Below, in pieces: positions 1 through 56,600 of a stretch of 64,000 nt of DNA; within the stretch, counting starts at the first letter, position 1, and each line of letters starts with the position of its first letter. The stretch comes from Bugula neritina (Eukaryota > Animalia > Bryozoa): assembly GCA_964035545.1 (NCBI GenBank), contig OZ037765.1, positions 1,736,001 through 1,800,000 on the forward strand, read 5' to 3'. The notes beneath the pieces are model-generated. The model ran no database searches. It had not been told where the DNA came from and worked only from the letters and a program-made list of their open reading frames with translations. The position numbers and the translations under genes were made by a program.

Positions 1-13
1 ACATATATTACAG

Positions 14-1365
14 GAGTAAGAGGAACTAAAGGGGAGCCGGGTAAAGATGGAAACCCTGGTAAAGATGGAGAGCTCGGTAAAGATGGACTCCCTGGTAAAG
101 ATGGAGAGCCTGGCAAAGATGGAAGCCCTGGCAAAGATGGAAGCCTTGGTAGAGATGAAAAAGTTAACCTCCATGGTAAGTTATCATGGTGGTTAGTTAA
201 TTAGATTATTACAACTTAATCTGTGCAGCAGCTGTCTCAGAGTAGCATGAAGAAATGATGTTAAGCCGACTATAATCTTAGCATATGAATTCTGGGTAAG
301 TTCTGTTGTGTGAACAGGGCATTACTTTGAGCTGTAGTGTGAATAAGGCATTACTTTTAGCACTAGTCGGTATAATACTTCGGGCTACACCATTTGCACA
401 TGAATATCAGAAGATTCAAACCAAATTTGTTTTTTTCTAAGGTCAAGGTCAAGATGAAATCTCTAGGAAGGGAAAATCTACTGATGGAACTCCAAATTCT
501 TCAACTTCGAGATTGTTCAGTTTTAAGAAAAGTAAAGGAGATTCAGGAGTGGATGAAAGTGTTGGCCCCCCTGTACCAGTTGGAAAAATTAGTGCCAAAC
601 CGAGAAAGATTCCCAAAAAGCTGAAAGGTGCTGTTGAATCAGTTGCTAGTGTAGGGAATACTGAAAGTGGTTCTGTATTCACAAGATGGGGTAGTAGTGA
701 CTGTGGAGAGGAGTCAGATAGAATATATGAAGGCAAGCTACATAAAACTAGCTATATTTAACAACTACATGAAATGACATATCAAATGTAAAAAATGTCA
801 AATACTTTCATAATCTTTTGAGAATGTTGTTAAAAGATTTTTTTAGGCTTTGTAGGCGGGTCTTGCAATGAGGGAGGTACAGGGGGCGGGACAAACTTTC
901 AGTGTCTGCCTCTGATTGGTCCACAGTATTATCCAGAAAGTATAGAGAATGAGTTGTGGTACGGTTCCTGGATAAATGGACCTGAATACCAGAGTTATGA
1001 CTCACAGCTTTATTCTGACATGCCGTGTGCTAGATGTTACACCAAGACGCGGTCGGCTTTCTTGATGATTCCAGCTAAGAGAGATTGTCTTTCTGGGTGG
1101 ACAAAGGAGTACGAAGGTAAAAACCTAAGGCTAAATAGCTGAAATGGTAATAGAGTTGTTGTGTATCTATAGACTGTAGGTGTGGAATTTGAGACTTGTG
1201 TTCTAGTGCATGGTATAGGCCACTATTGATACTTTTATATTTTAAGCAATTATTTTCACTAGCGCTCGGGCGCGAGCACACAGCCACACACACACGCACA
1301 CGCACATGCACACGCACACGCACACGCACACGCACACGCACACACACACGCACACACACACACAA

Positions 1366-1396
<31 letters not shown>

Positions 1397-1824
1397 TGAA
1401 CGCACGCACAAACATGCTCACGCATGCACAAACATGCACACGCACACACACACACACACACACACCACACAAATGTGCACACACACATGCACACACACAC
1501 ACATGCACACACAAACATGCACATGCACACACCACACACACACACACCCGCACACACACACACACTCGCACACACGCACACACACACACACACCTTATTG
1601 ATGGAGAATTTTGTATACTTATAGGGTACTTAATGACCCCTCAAATAGACCACCCCCACCCTGGCACGTACGAATGTGTGGACGCCCACACTAAATATGA
1701 ACGAGGACGAGAAACAGATTTCTTTCACTTTGTTAGAGCTTCATGCGACGAAGATGGATACACGGAGAGTGGTCTTCTTTATTCCCCCAATAAGAATCTA
1801 GCCTGTGTAGTCTGTACAAAGTAG
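14..1824 (+). CDS. Short-chain collagen C4 / spongin short-chain collagen-related protein, 3' part (5' exons lie left of the window)
   Basis: Exons 14-175, 442-732, 847-1116, 1625-1824(TAG), all joined in phase 1. The 162-nt first exon encodes Gly-X-Y (GTK GEP GKD GNP GKD GEL GKD GLP GKD GEP GKD GSP). The C-terminal domain has the family motifs SVFTRWG..C, GG(T)NFQCLP, GPEY, DMPCARC, LMIPAKRDC.SGWTKEYEGYLM, YECVD, LACVVCTK*. Confidence 0.88.
1277..1593. repeat. (CA)n / (CACACG)n compound microsatellite in the last collagen intron
   Basis: Directly visible; generates the spurious HT/CV ORFs. Confidence 0.97.
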
Positions 1825-2866
1825 TTGTGTTGGAGCGTATAGAGTTTTTATTATATTATTAGGTTTTTAATTTATTGTGTTTTTAAAATTGCAGTATTAT
1901 AATAATTTTTACAACTTTTATTGTTTTGGTGTTAGACTTGGTCTGTTTTAAACATATGCTTCACTTTTATTTCTCTAAAACCTTCTCATGCTTTAGAAAC
2001 CAGCAGACAATAGTTTAAATTTCCTGCTATTATTTAGTTATATAAAGATGACTTGTTTTTTTAAGTTTAGATTTGATAAGTGATATAAAGAATGCTGTAA
2101 GAGCTTTAGCTATGTAATTGAAGATTTTTAAAAAATTGAAAACTCTATACTTTATATTTGCAGACTTTGCTTTATTTAAAATTGTTATAGTCTTCAAAAA
2201 GCTCCAAACATCTGGTAGGAAAACTGTACTTAATAATGTCATTGAGTTAGTACTAACATGAATGACTCATCTGGTAATACTCGAAGCTATAGTGAAATGT
2301 TTGTGTAATGCTTTTAACTCCGTTGTTACTATATATTCCTAAAGGCAGTCCTTGGTCAAATGGACTTGCACAGAAAGCCTGAGATTTTAAACTACAGGTG
2401 ATATTTTTTGATTTAGTCTTCAATTTTGGTTCACTATATAAACTAACAAGTGATTTGTAATTTATGCTTCTATAGCTGAACTGTTTTGCTTGCAGTAACT
2501 GCAACAACTTAAGTTATTTATAAGTGTAACTTTCCAATGCTTTGGAAAAAAGGTTTTTTTTTTGGTTTAGCAAAATTACAATGCAAAAGTTGTTTTACTG
2601 CATACGAGATCTTTTGAAAATGAGGCGTAACAATATTCGTATTTCATAAATGCATGACATAGTTGTAACAACTCAAGTGAAATTAAATGTAGAAGATGGT
2701 TTTCAGTATATTTCAAGAGTATGTAGTTTTAGAAATGAAACTGGGACAAACAATGAGCAGCCAAAACTATTGAGCAAAACAATATGTTATATATAGAATA
2801 TGGAGTAATATTAAGTAGAAGTGACACCAGAGAACAGGTGTGTATCAGGTGACATCTATGAGTCAT

Positions 2867-18113
<15,247 letters not shown>

Positions 18114-19244
18114 CCTCAGAGCAACTAGAACCTAGCAACTCTGCACTACACTTACAAGCTACCTTCCACCAAGTGACTTTGTGAGACCTACACTAAAAGT
18201 GCAGTAGCAGCTAGAGATTGTGTGTTGTTTTGTTTATGTTAAACCAATGGTATTCTTTGCATGATTGAATGGTAACTAATGCGTAAAGCTTCAAAATATT
18301 AACGCACTACTTTCTTATTTGATTTCAAAATATTGCGCCCAAAACTTTATTTAATCACATCTTTTTTAATAGCTTTTGTTCTTTAGTCAGAATTGTGCTT
18401 CAACTTACTTAGTAAAATAATAAGAGTGTAAAACACTGCTGAGCATTAAATTGTAGCAATTCAAACTAAAAAAATTTTAAGCTACTTGTATATAATCACA
18501 CACAGATATGACTTGGTTGAACAGTCTACAGTTAGTCTAGTTGAATCCGTAACCCTAACAGAGATCTGCAAATACAAACCATAATAGGATATTTAGCATT
18601 GGAAAAGAAGCTGCTGGTTTAAATGAATATTTTGATAGTTACTTTTAGTAATCTTATAGTTATGTTAACTTTACGAAAGAGTTAACAAAAAAAGTTAGAA
18701 AAGAAACTATTTTAATAACAAAATGAAACTAGTTTGAATATGATTTACTCATGCACAGCAAATATTATAATGCAAAGCAAAGAAATGTAAAACTTTAAAT
18801 TTACCTCCTAGCAGTTATGCTTGTTAAACCTCTCAAACTCTTTTAAAGCTATTTTACAAAGCTTTCTATCAACTGGCTTTTCTGGTTGCCTTGAATCTAC
18901 TGACCAGCCCAAATGTGTTGTGTCTACCCTTAAGCCCTGGCCACACGATCGTGAGAATCACACGAAATCGTCTATTTGACACGAAAAAACATTCGTACGA
19001 GAAAATTTGAGGGAATTCAAACGAAATCGTCATCGTTGGGTGTGCACAACGATGACGATGGACGAAAAATCACAATCGACGATAAGTACCATTTGATTGG
19101 TCAATAGAATTTTAGCAACAGTGATTATTTCATTTCTACTAAGTTTCTCTATTTGGCAATGTTCTGCTGCTTGTATCTCGTGCAAGACTCATTCACGGAC
19201 TAATAAAAATGACTTGTTGCCATCAAAGTGGTATATATTAAGAG

Positions 19245-19306
<62 letters not shown>

Positions 19307-19312
<6 letters not shown>

Positions 19313-19859
19313 GAAATGAAATGAGATTTGATTAATATAATGGCATTTATTACTAGTAGTTTCGTACACATCGTACACATCTGGACCTTAAAAGACAAAG
19401 GTCTGGATTTTACCATATCCTGGAAAATTCTCAGAAAAACTCAACCATACAACAACAACACTAAAATCTGTCAGCTATGCTCATGGGAAAAATTTTTCAT
19501 TCTTTATAAGCCACAGTTGTCTTCCCTCAATAAGCGCTATGACTTTTTATCCATATGCAGACATAGTAGTAAATTTCTACTCAAGAATGCTGTAACATAG
19601 CCAATTAATTACAATGCTACCTTTTTGTTATATTTTGATCTTCTAGCTTTAATCTGTGTATATTTACATATTACATTATTTATAGTTGTAAGCAATCATA
19701 GTGGCTAATTTATCTGACGAGTGCACATCGTTCTTGTGTACGAAACTACTAGTAATAAATGCCATTATATTAATCAAATCTCATTTTATTTCTTCTAATG
19801 TTTACGCTCTAGATTTATTTCTATAGAGCACTCTAGTAACGTTTTATAAACACTCATTT

Positions 19860-19862
<3 letters not shown>
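19307..19862 (+). mobile_element. 5'-truncated Penelope-like retroelement (GIY-YIG C-terminus plus pLTR) inserted in (TA)n
   Basis: HIWTLKDKGLDFTISWKIL...PYNNNTKICQLCSWEKFFILYKP..SSLNKR...SICRH..KFLL is the C-terminal endonuclease region typical of PLEs. A hammerhead follows. 19307-19370 is an inverted copy of 19734-19799. Flanked by (TA)n at 19247-19306 and 19863-19929. Confidence 0.85.
19701..19765 (+). ncRNA. Type I hammerhead ribozyme in the PLE pLTR
   Basis: Stem I UGGC..AUUUAU / AUAAAU-GCCA; core CUGACGA; stem II GUGCACA-ucguucu-UGUGUAC; GAAA; short stem III ACU-acu-AGU; predicted cleavage after GUA. Confidence 0.78.
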
Positions 19863-19931
<69 letters not shown>

Positions 19932-21428
19932 TGCACGCCAAATAATTACTACAAATTTCAAAAATAGCATAAATTAAGTAGTATTACTATGCCTATTTGC
20001 ATCCAATTTACTAGTCTTACATTTATAGCAACTGTAAAGTATTTTGCGTAAAATAGCTATTGCAAGCATTATTCAATTCATATTCACATGGTAATCACAG
20101 CGAAGCTTAAACTTTATAGCTTTGTATTTACGTGCATGAGTGAGTTTTAATTTTTTTTTAATTTTATATGCATAAAAAATGTTTTTAAAAACTTTACCAA
20201 AACTAAAAAAATGTACACATAAAATACCAAAAAAATAACAAAAATAGCAAAATTTTTCCTTTTTAACTTATATAAACTTGCGGTACCAATCTCGGCATAA
20301 TGACTTTTCGTTTAAACGATCATGTGGCTGGTCAATACGAAAAGATAACTCACGAATAATCGTCACACGAGTTTCGTGTCATTCTCACTATCGTGTGGCC
20401 AGGGCTTTAACCTTAATCTAGCCAAACATCGGCAAACAAAGGAACAGCATAAGTTTCAGCTGCACTAAATACAATTCTTAAGCTATAGCTGGATATCGTA
20501 TGCTATGGAGCTAGTAGGCCCTCTTTTGGTAACTTGAGCGTACATACCTTTGCAGTAAGCATTTTGAAAAAATTGTGAATATAGATAGATTAAATCGCTC
20601 CTTTGTCATGTAAATTGCTAGCTATGAAAGTTGGGAATGAAAATGCCCTAATTTCCACACCTCATTGTGTCAGTTTGCCCATAGATTTTCTTGACATTAT
20701 ACAAACTGTAAAACCCTTGTTTGAAAGAGGTAGCGAAGCTATAGTTACAATTTGTTGTCCAAATAATTAAATCAGTTTTACAAACCTAAAAACTTTAGAG
20801 CACCATATACTAGCTCATCTCTTTTGTTTTGCTTTGATGAATATCCAATCTGAATAATTTGAACAGTATAAATTTTTTTAAATTCAATATAAACTTTAAC
20901 TGACTGTTTATAAAACTCGTACAATCATTAATACAGAAAAATAATTTTCAAAAAGTTTTTTTTTACTTGTTTGAATTTGTGACAAATGATTAGTTACATA
21001 GTGTAAAATCTGAATGGTTCCAATCAAAGACACATGTACTGTTTACATTCTTATTCTCATCATGACTCCGTTTAACTGTGAATTTTGTGGTTTGAGGTTT
21101 TTGAGAAGAGAATAGAAACATCTCAAGTTGGCTGAAGCAATTTATGATCTTTGCAGCTGATATTGGTGAATTTTGTTTTAAGTTCTTTATCATTCTATGG
21201 GAAGAATACTCCAACACAAGTTGATAATATTAAGAATTCTTAGTATATTTATTAGTTGTATGCATCAACAGGATGAATTTGTATAAGAAGTAGAACTTGC
21301 ACAAACAATTAGCAGCCAAAACTATTGAGCAAAACAATGAATAGAGAGTTATATATAGAATATGGAGTGACATTGAGTAGAGGTGACACCAGAGAACAGG
21401 TGTGTATCTGGTGACATCTATGAGTCAT

Positions 21429-39137
<17,709 letters not shown>

Positions 39138-39157
39138 CCCCGGAGCAACTAGAACCT

Positions 39158-39271
39158 AGCAACTCTGTACTACACTTACAAGCTACCTTCCACCTAGCAA
39201 CTCTGCACTACACTTACAAGCTACCTTCCACCAAGCAACTCTGTACTACACTTACAAGCTACCTTCCACCA
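39158..39271. repeat. 38-bp tandem repeat x3 just upstream of the copy 2 ATG
   Basis: AGCAACTCTG(T/C)ACTACACTTACAAGCTACCTTCCACC(T/A) at 39158, 39196 and 39234; single unit in copy 1 (about 18135-18172). Confidence 0.93.
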
Positions 39272-39535
39272 AGTGACTTTGTAATACTTGCACTAAAACT
39301 TCTGTTAAATGCTGCATAGCCAGAGATTACGTGCCGTTTTCTCTTATATTAGACTGATGTGGTTCTTTGCATGATTGAATGGCAACTCAAGCGTAAATTT
39401 CCAAATATCAATGCGTGGTGACTGATCTTTATATGAAAATATTTTACATAAAACCATCAAAAACTTTTAGGTCAATAGGATTGATAGCAAACTTTAAAAT
39501 GATGTGCACAACACTTACAATACACATCCTTAAAT

Positions 39536-39774
39536 TATAAATAAGTATAATACGAGAAACATTGTTGGTTTATTACTTTGTGAGGCAAAGTAATTATACT
39601 GATATTTCGGGCACCTCTGTGCCCATCTTCAGAGTAGCAGTTGCTACTCTGAAGATGGGCACAGAGGTGCCTGAAATATCAGTATAATTACTTTGCCTAA
39701 TAAATTAATAAATCAACAATGTTTCTCGTATACTTATTTATAATTAAATTGCTAGCACGTAAAGATATATTTAA
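39536..39774. mobile_element. Palindromic PLE-terminus-like insertion with two minimal hammerhead motifs
   Basis: About 105-bp inverted arms around a 2-nt centre (39640-41). Each arm reads TACT-CTGAAGA-T-GGGCAC-AGAG-GTGCC(C/T)-GAAA-TATC-AGTA. 12-bp TSD ACATCCTTAAAT at 39524-35 and 39775-86; empty site near 18355-18375. Confidence 0.8.
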
Positions 39775-40858
39775 ACATCCTTAAATAGATTTTTGTTATT
39801 ATGCCAGAATTTTCTATTTGAAATTTCATTTGAATTTTTTAGCAGAATAACATATACATGTAAAAAAGTTACATAAAACTATGGCAATTGAATAGAAAAA
39901 AGTTATAATCTTTAAGCACACACAGATATGACTTAGTTTAACTGTCTGCAACTAGTCTAGTTGTGTTCATAGCCGTAACAGAGATCTGCAAAAGTTGCAA
40001 TCATAGTAATACTTAATAGCGAAAAAAAGAAACTTCCAATTCAAATGAATATATTAATAGTAGCTTTTAGTACCTTTATAAAGTTGACAACTTTTGTTTT
40101 TGCAAAAGAGTTAAAAATGAAGCTATTTTAACAATAAAATAAAGCAACCAAATTTAAATATGATTTACTCACGCAAAAAGTTAATATTCTTTGCATGAGT
40201 AAACAAAGTAAAGAACTGTAAAATCTTAGATTTACCTTGTGGCAGCTATGGTTGTTTAACTGCTCAAACTCTTTCAAAGCTATTTTACAAAGTGTTGTTT
40301 TTAATTGCCTTGAAGCCACTGACCAGCCCAGATGTGTTGTGTCTACCGTTAACTTTAATCTAGCCAAACATCAGCAAACAAAGGGACAATATAAGTTTTA
40401 GCTGCACTACATACAATTGTTTCACTGGCTTGATATGATGCTTGACTAAACTATCAAGGTCTTATTTTGATAAATTGAGTTTACATATCTTTAGAGTAAG
40501 CATTTTAAAAAATATTGCATGTCCATGTGCAGTGAGTAAAGATGTATAAATTGAAACACTCAGTTGTCAAGTGAATTGCTAGCTATAAAAGTTGAGAATA
40601 AAAATACTATAATATCAACACCTTATTGTGTCAGTTTACCAATAGATTTCCTTGACATTACAAGCTCTACAATTTCTGTTTGAAGGAGAAAGTGAAGCTA
40701 AAATTACAATTCATTTTCCAATTCATTACCTTAATTCTACAAACCTAGACACATTTGAATTCTTAAGATACCATATAGAAGTTCTTCTTTTCTTTCAAAT
40801 TTAAACACATATTAAGCGTGTATAGCTTGAACAGAGTAATTTTTGTCAATAAGAGTCA

Positions 40859-41232
40859 AAGTGCACTTAAACCGATTTTTTTTCAAGACAAAAAAGATGT
40901 TTTTTTAATAAATAATTTTCTACTTGTTTTAAGCTAAAGCAAGTAATTAGCTACACAGTGTGAAACCTAATCAAATGCACTGTCCACATTCTTGTTGTAA
41001 TCGTGGCTCTGTTTAAATGTGAATTTTGTGGTTTGATGCTTTGAAGTGCACTTAACCCTATTGTTTGTCAAGACAATACCGAAAAATGCTTTTTAATTAA
41101 TAATTTTCTATACTTGTTTTAAGCTAAAGCAAATAATTAGCTACACAGTGTGACACCTAAATAAATGCACTGTCCACATTCTTGTTGTAATCGTGGCACT
41201 GTTAAATGTGAACTGTCTTGTTTGAAGTTGTG
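40859..41232. repeat. About 185-bp tandem duplication in the 3' flank of copy 3
   Basis: Units start AAGTGCACTTAA at 40859 and 41044; single-copy in the homologous copy 2 flank (about 20880-21105). Confidence 0.88.
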
Positions 41233-41562
41233 AAAAATGAAGAAACTAATAGAAACATTTCAAGTTGGGTGAAGCAATATATAATCTTTGCTGCTAAAAT
41301 TGGTGAACTTTGTTTCAAGTTCTTTTTTTTATGGGAAGAATACACTAACACAAGTTGACGATATGATGAATTTTTAGTATATTTAATAGTTGTATGCATC
41401 AACAGGACGAATTTGTATAAGAAATAGAACTTGCACAAACAATTAGCAGCCAAAATTATTGAGCAAAACAATGAACAGAGAGTTATATATATAATATGGA
41501 GTAACATTGAGTAGAAGTGACACCAGAGAACAGGTGTATAGCAGGTGACATCTATGAGTCAT

Positions 41563-53601
<12,039 letters not shown>

Positions 53602-56600
53602 CTAAAAGTGAATATAATTTGTTGGTTAAATAATAAAACGATATTGGAAGTTCACTTTTCCCCTGCCAATGAGGCATATGGTATACATACATTTAAATTT
53701 GAGTAATTGTTTTTTTAGATTTTGTGGGTTTTGTGGAATTAAAAAAACGCATAATCATGGAAAAAAGTTTTATGAAGCACAAAAGTATGAAACACAAAGT
53801 TATTCTAGTATGCAAATTAGTTTCTTGACATTCTGAGTTGAATTGATAGAAATCGATATTCTATCTTCAACCGGCTGCATAGTTTTATTGGTGGCTGCCA
53901 ATAGTTTAAGTATTTTAATTAAAAAAACCAGCTCAAGACTTTTGCAATTCAAAAGAAAGTAACAAACTTATGGTGAAGCACTGCCTAAATTACATCAGAA
54001 AAACCTTTTAGTGCCATGCAAACACCTACATAACACATAATAATAGATACTAGCTTTACTAAATGCTAGTCCTATTGGTAAAAGTCATTGACTTCTTGTT
54101 GTTGATGAGTTATGAAACAAAAATTTATATAAACTAAAATGCAAATTAGCTTCAAGAATATTCAAGAATAAATGACAAAGCACCTGTTTCCAAGTAAAAT
54201 AAGCCACGAACTAACCACAATTGTTTTTTCAATAAAAAAGGTATTGAAGAGCAAACTAGTTATAACATTGAACGCTCCTTGCCATTAAAATTCAGTATAT
54301 ATTTTCCTAGAATGTTGTTTAGAGACATAAAAAAACTGCCTATGCACAACATACTTTGCATCTGTTTAGTATCTCGTAATTAGACATAAAAAAATCAAAG
54401 CCAATTATAAGGCAAAAGACCATAATACTGTACTATCATTGGATAGTTCTTCATCAATAAACAGGTAGTCGCCAGTGGTGGATATGAACCCCTCCTAGAT
54501 GTTTCTCGTACTTCTTCCTCAAAAAACATTTTCATTAAGCCAAAAAGAAATAACAATACACCTTTTTAGTTGACACTTTTTAATTTCTGACTGATATTTC
54601 ACCTTATTTCCAATTATAATTAACTTTTAACCGGCACTTTTCTTTGTAGTAATTCCTACCCTTTAGACTGTGTACTTTGAAATGAGTCTGTTTTACTCGT
54701 TACATAAAGTATAGTTGCACTGGCTACAGGTTGACACAAAAGCAAGCCTATCTTGATAAAATCATGCGCAAATGTAGAAACTACCGAGGAGTTTGTTCCT
54801 CATAATTAGAAATTGACAAATTATTTTTAATCCGTTTAAAAGCATCTGGTTAGGGAAGCATATGCCGTGTTCAATTTGTTATTCTAGCATTAACAATAAC
54901 AGAATGCAATAATTATAAGTTTATGAAAGTAATTTGTTTTCTTTCTAATTACAAATATAATATTTTAGTATATATTGTAAATTTATAAGGCTTGCATTAG
55001 GAATAACGCAGCTAAAACATCATTTTCCTTAAAGTCTTAAAAATATATAAGTATAACATAATACACTATGCCAATAAACTTATTAAAGTACCAAGCAAGC
55101 TTAGCTAGTTTAAGAAAAATTACACTAGGTAAATTCCCATTATTTATAGAATGCTTGCTGATATTAGCTTTTGATGTAATTAAAGTAAGTTATTATTTAT
55201 CTTTCTAGCTAAGGTTTTCTTGCCGTAAGTTTTGCTTTTATGCATGGAGAAATGTCGTAACAAACGAGTTAAATTTTTATAGCACATAAAAATGTAATCT
55301 ATAAGTCGAAGATATTTAAACTTAGCCATTAACTCATTTTAATTAGCAATGTAGCCTAAATCTAATACAATACAAAATATATACCAGTATATATAATATA
55401 TTTTTACCATATGCTGTTAATTACAGTATTTGTAAAACAAATTTCATGCTCATTAATTAAATGCAACAAATATTTATAAAATACTAATAATGTTGAATAA
55501 ATAAATTCAATAATTCCTTTTCTATTTAAATGGCTGCATAATTTCTTGCAAGGTTGTATAAAGGAGTTGTGGCCTACAACTTATTATGTGTTCAATTGCC
55601 ACATATGTCTTAGGAAGAAGAAAACTCCCCAAAAATTTTTAGTTTGAAAATTCTAGTATAATTAAAATCACTTGATATATGTCTTTGAAATGCATTTTGC
55701 CACTCTGCAAAATTGCAGGAACAAATATTGCATGAAGTAATAAATGATTTATGAAGTAATTAACAAACCAATGTAAAAACTGTTGTTGTATATAGAAGAC
55801 AACATATTGATTTTCTTCAATTTCCACATCAAATCTATATATTCAATTATATCTAACCAATGCTAATAAACTAAACATGCATGCATACAAATATTTGCAT
55901 CATATGCAAGTAATATTAGCTAATTAGCAACTATAGCATTTTTTTCATTATCTTTATTGCTTGCATACGTCTAAGTATTATTAAAATGAGGTTTTTATTT
56001 GCAAATTTGCACCACAAATTACATAAAATCTAAAAACTTGAGTTGTGACATAGGGCTACCTATACACAAATAGACCTTCATAAAACTCTCAATGATTTTA
56101 TTCAACTCATGTATGCAAAAGTTTTGCTTTAAAACAATTCTTCTAAACCACTCTAGAGCAGGGAATTATTACAAAAACAGCTTCTCATATATAATTTTTC
56201 CCCAGATTAATTTTTTTTCCTGTATTTAAACTAACTTAGCAAGTGAAAATTGTGATATCACTCAGGTAATCACATATATATTATTCATAGCTGTAATACT
56301 TTAGCAATGAATAGATCATGTTTAATTTCCACTTTACCTAGCAGTTTTTCAGAATTATAGAGCTATGTATATCGTGAAATTGGAATAGCCTAATAGTTTT
56401 ACATGTGTTTATAGCTAGACAAATTAACTTAAAAAGCTTATAATAATTAGATGATATTTGCATTCTTTTGAAGGTTATGGTGAAGCTACTGCAAAACTGG
56501 CCATTAGTTTAGCATAATATGCAATGCCACGCAAAAGCATGCCAAACAAGCAATGTTTATTTACCTTACCAGTGCAATTTTATCACCTTAAACACAAAAG

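Larger units (their letters stand above)
18933..20406. mobile_element. PIF/Harbinger-type non-autonomous DNA transposon (MITE) with nested insertions
   Basis: TIRs AGCCCTGGCCACACGATCGTGAGAATCACACGAAA ... TTTCGTGTCATTCTCACTATCGTGTGGCCAGGGCT. 3-bp TSD TTA at 18930-32 and 20407-09. The paralogous empty site at about 40340-40365 reads TGTCTACCG-TTA-ACTTTAATCTAGCC. Confidence 0.88.

Noticed and set aside
1075-1624. Long His-Thr / Cys-Val ORFs, also at 17138-17747
   Set aside because: Translations of (CA)n/(GT)n microsatellites inside introns; only 1625-1824 of ORF 1306-1824 is a real exon.
19328-19600. Stand-alone 90-aa gene
   Set aside because: The N-terminal residues come from the inverted pLTR copy; the rest is a truncated PLE endonuclease tail.
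56570-56586. Possible 17-nt microexon on the minus strand
   Set aside because: Only splice-like motifs; frame-shifting length and no homology support.
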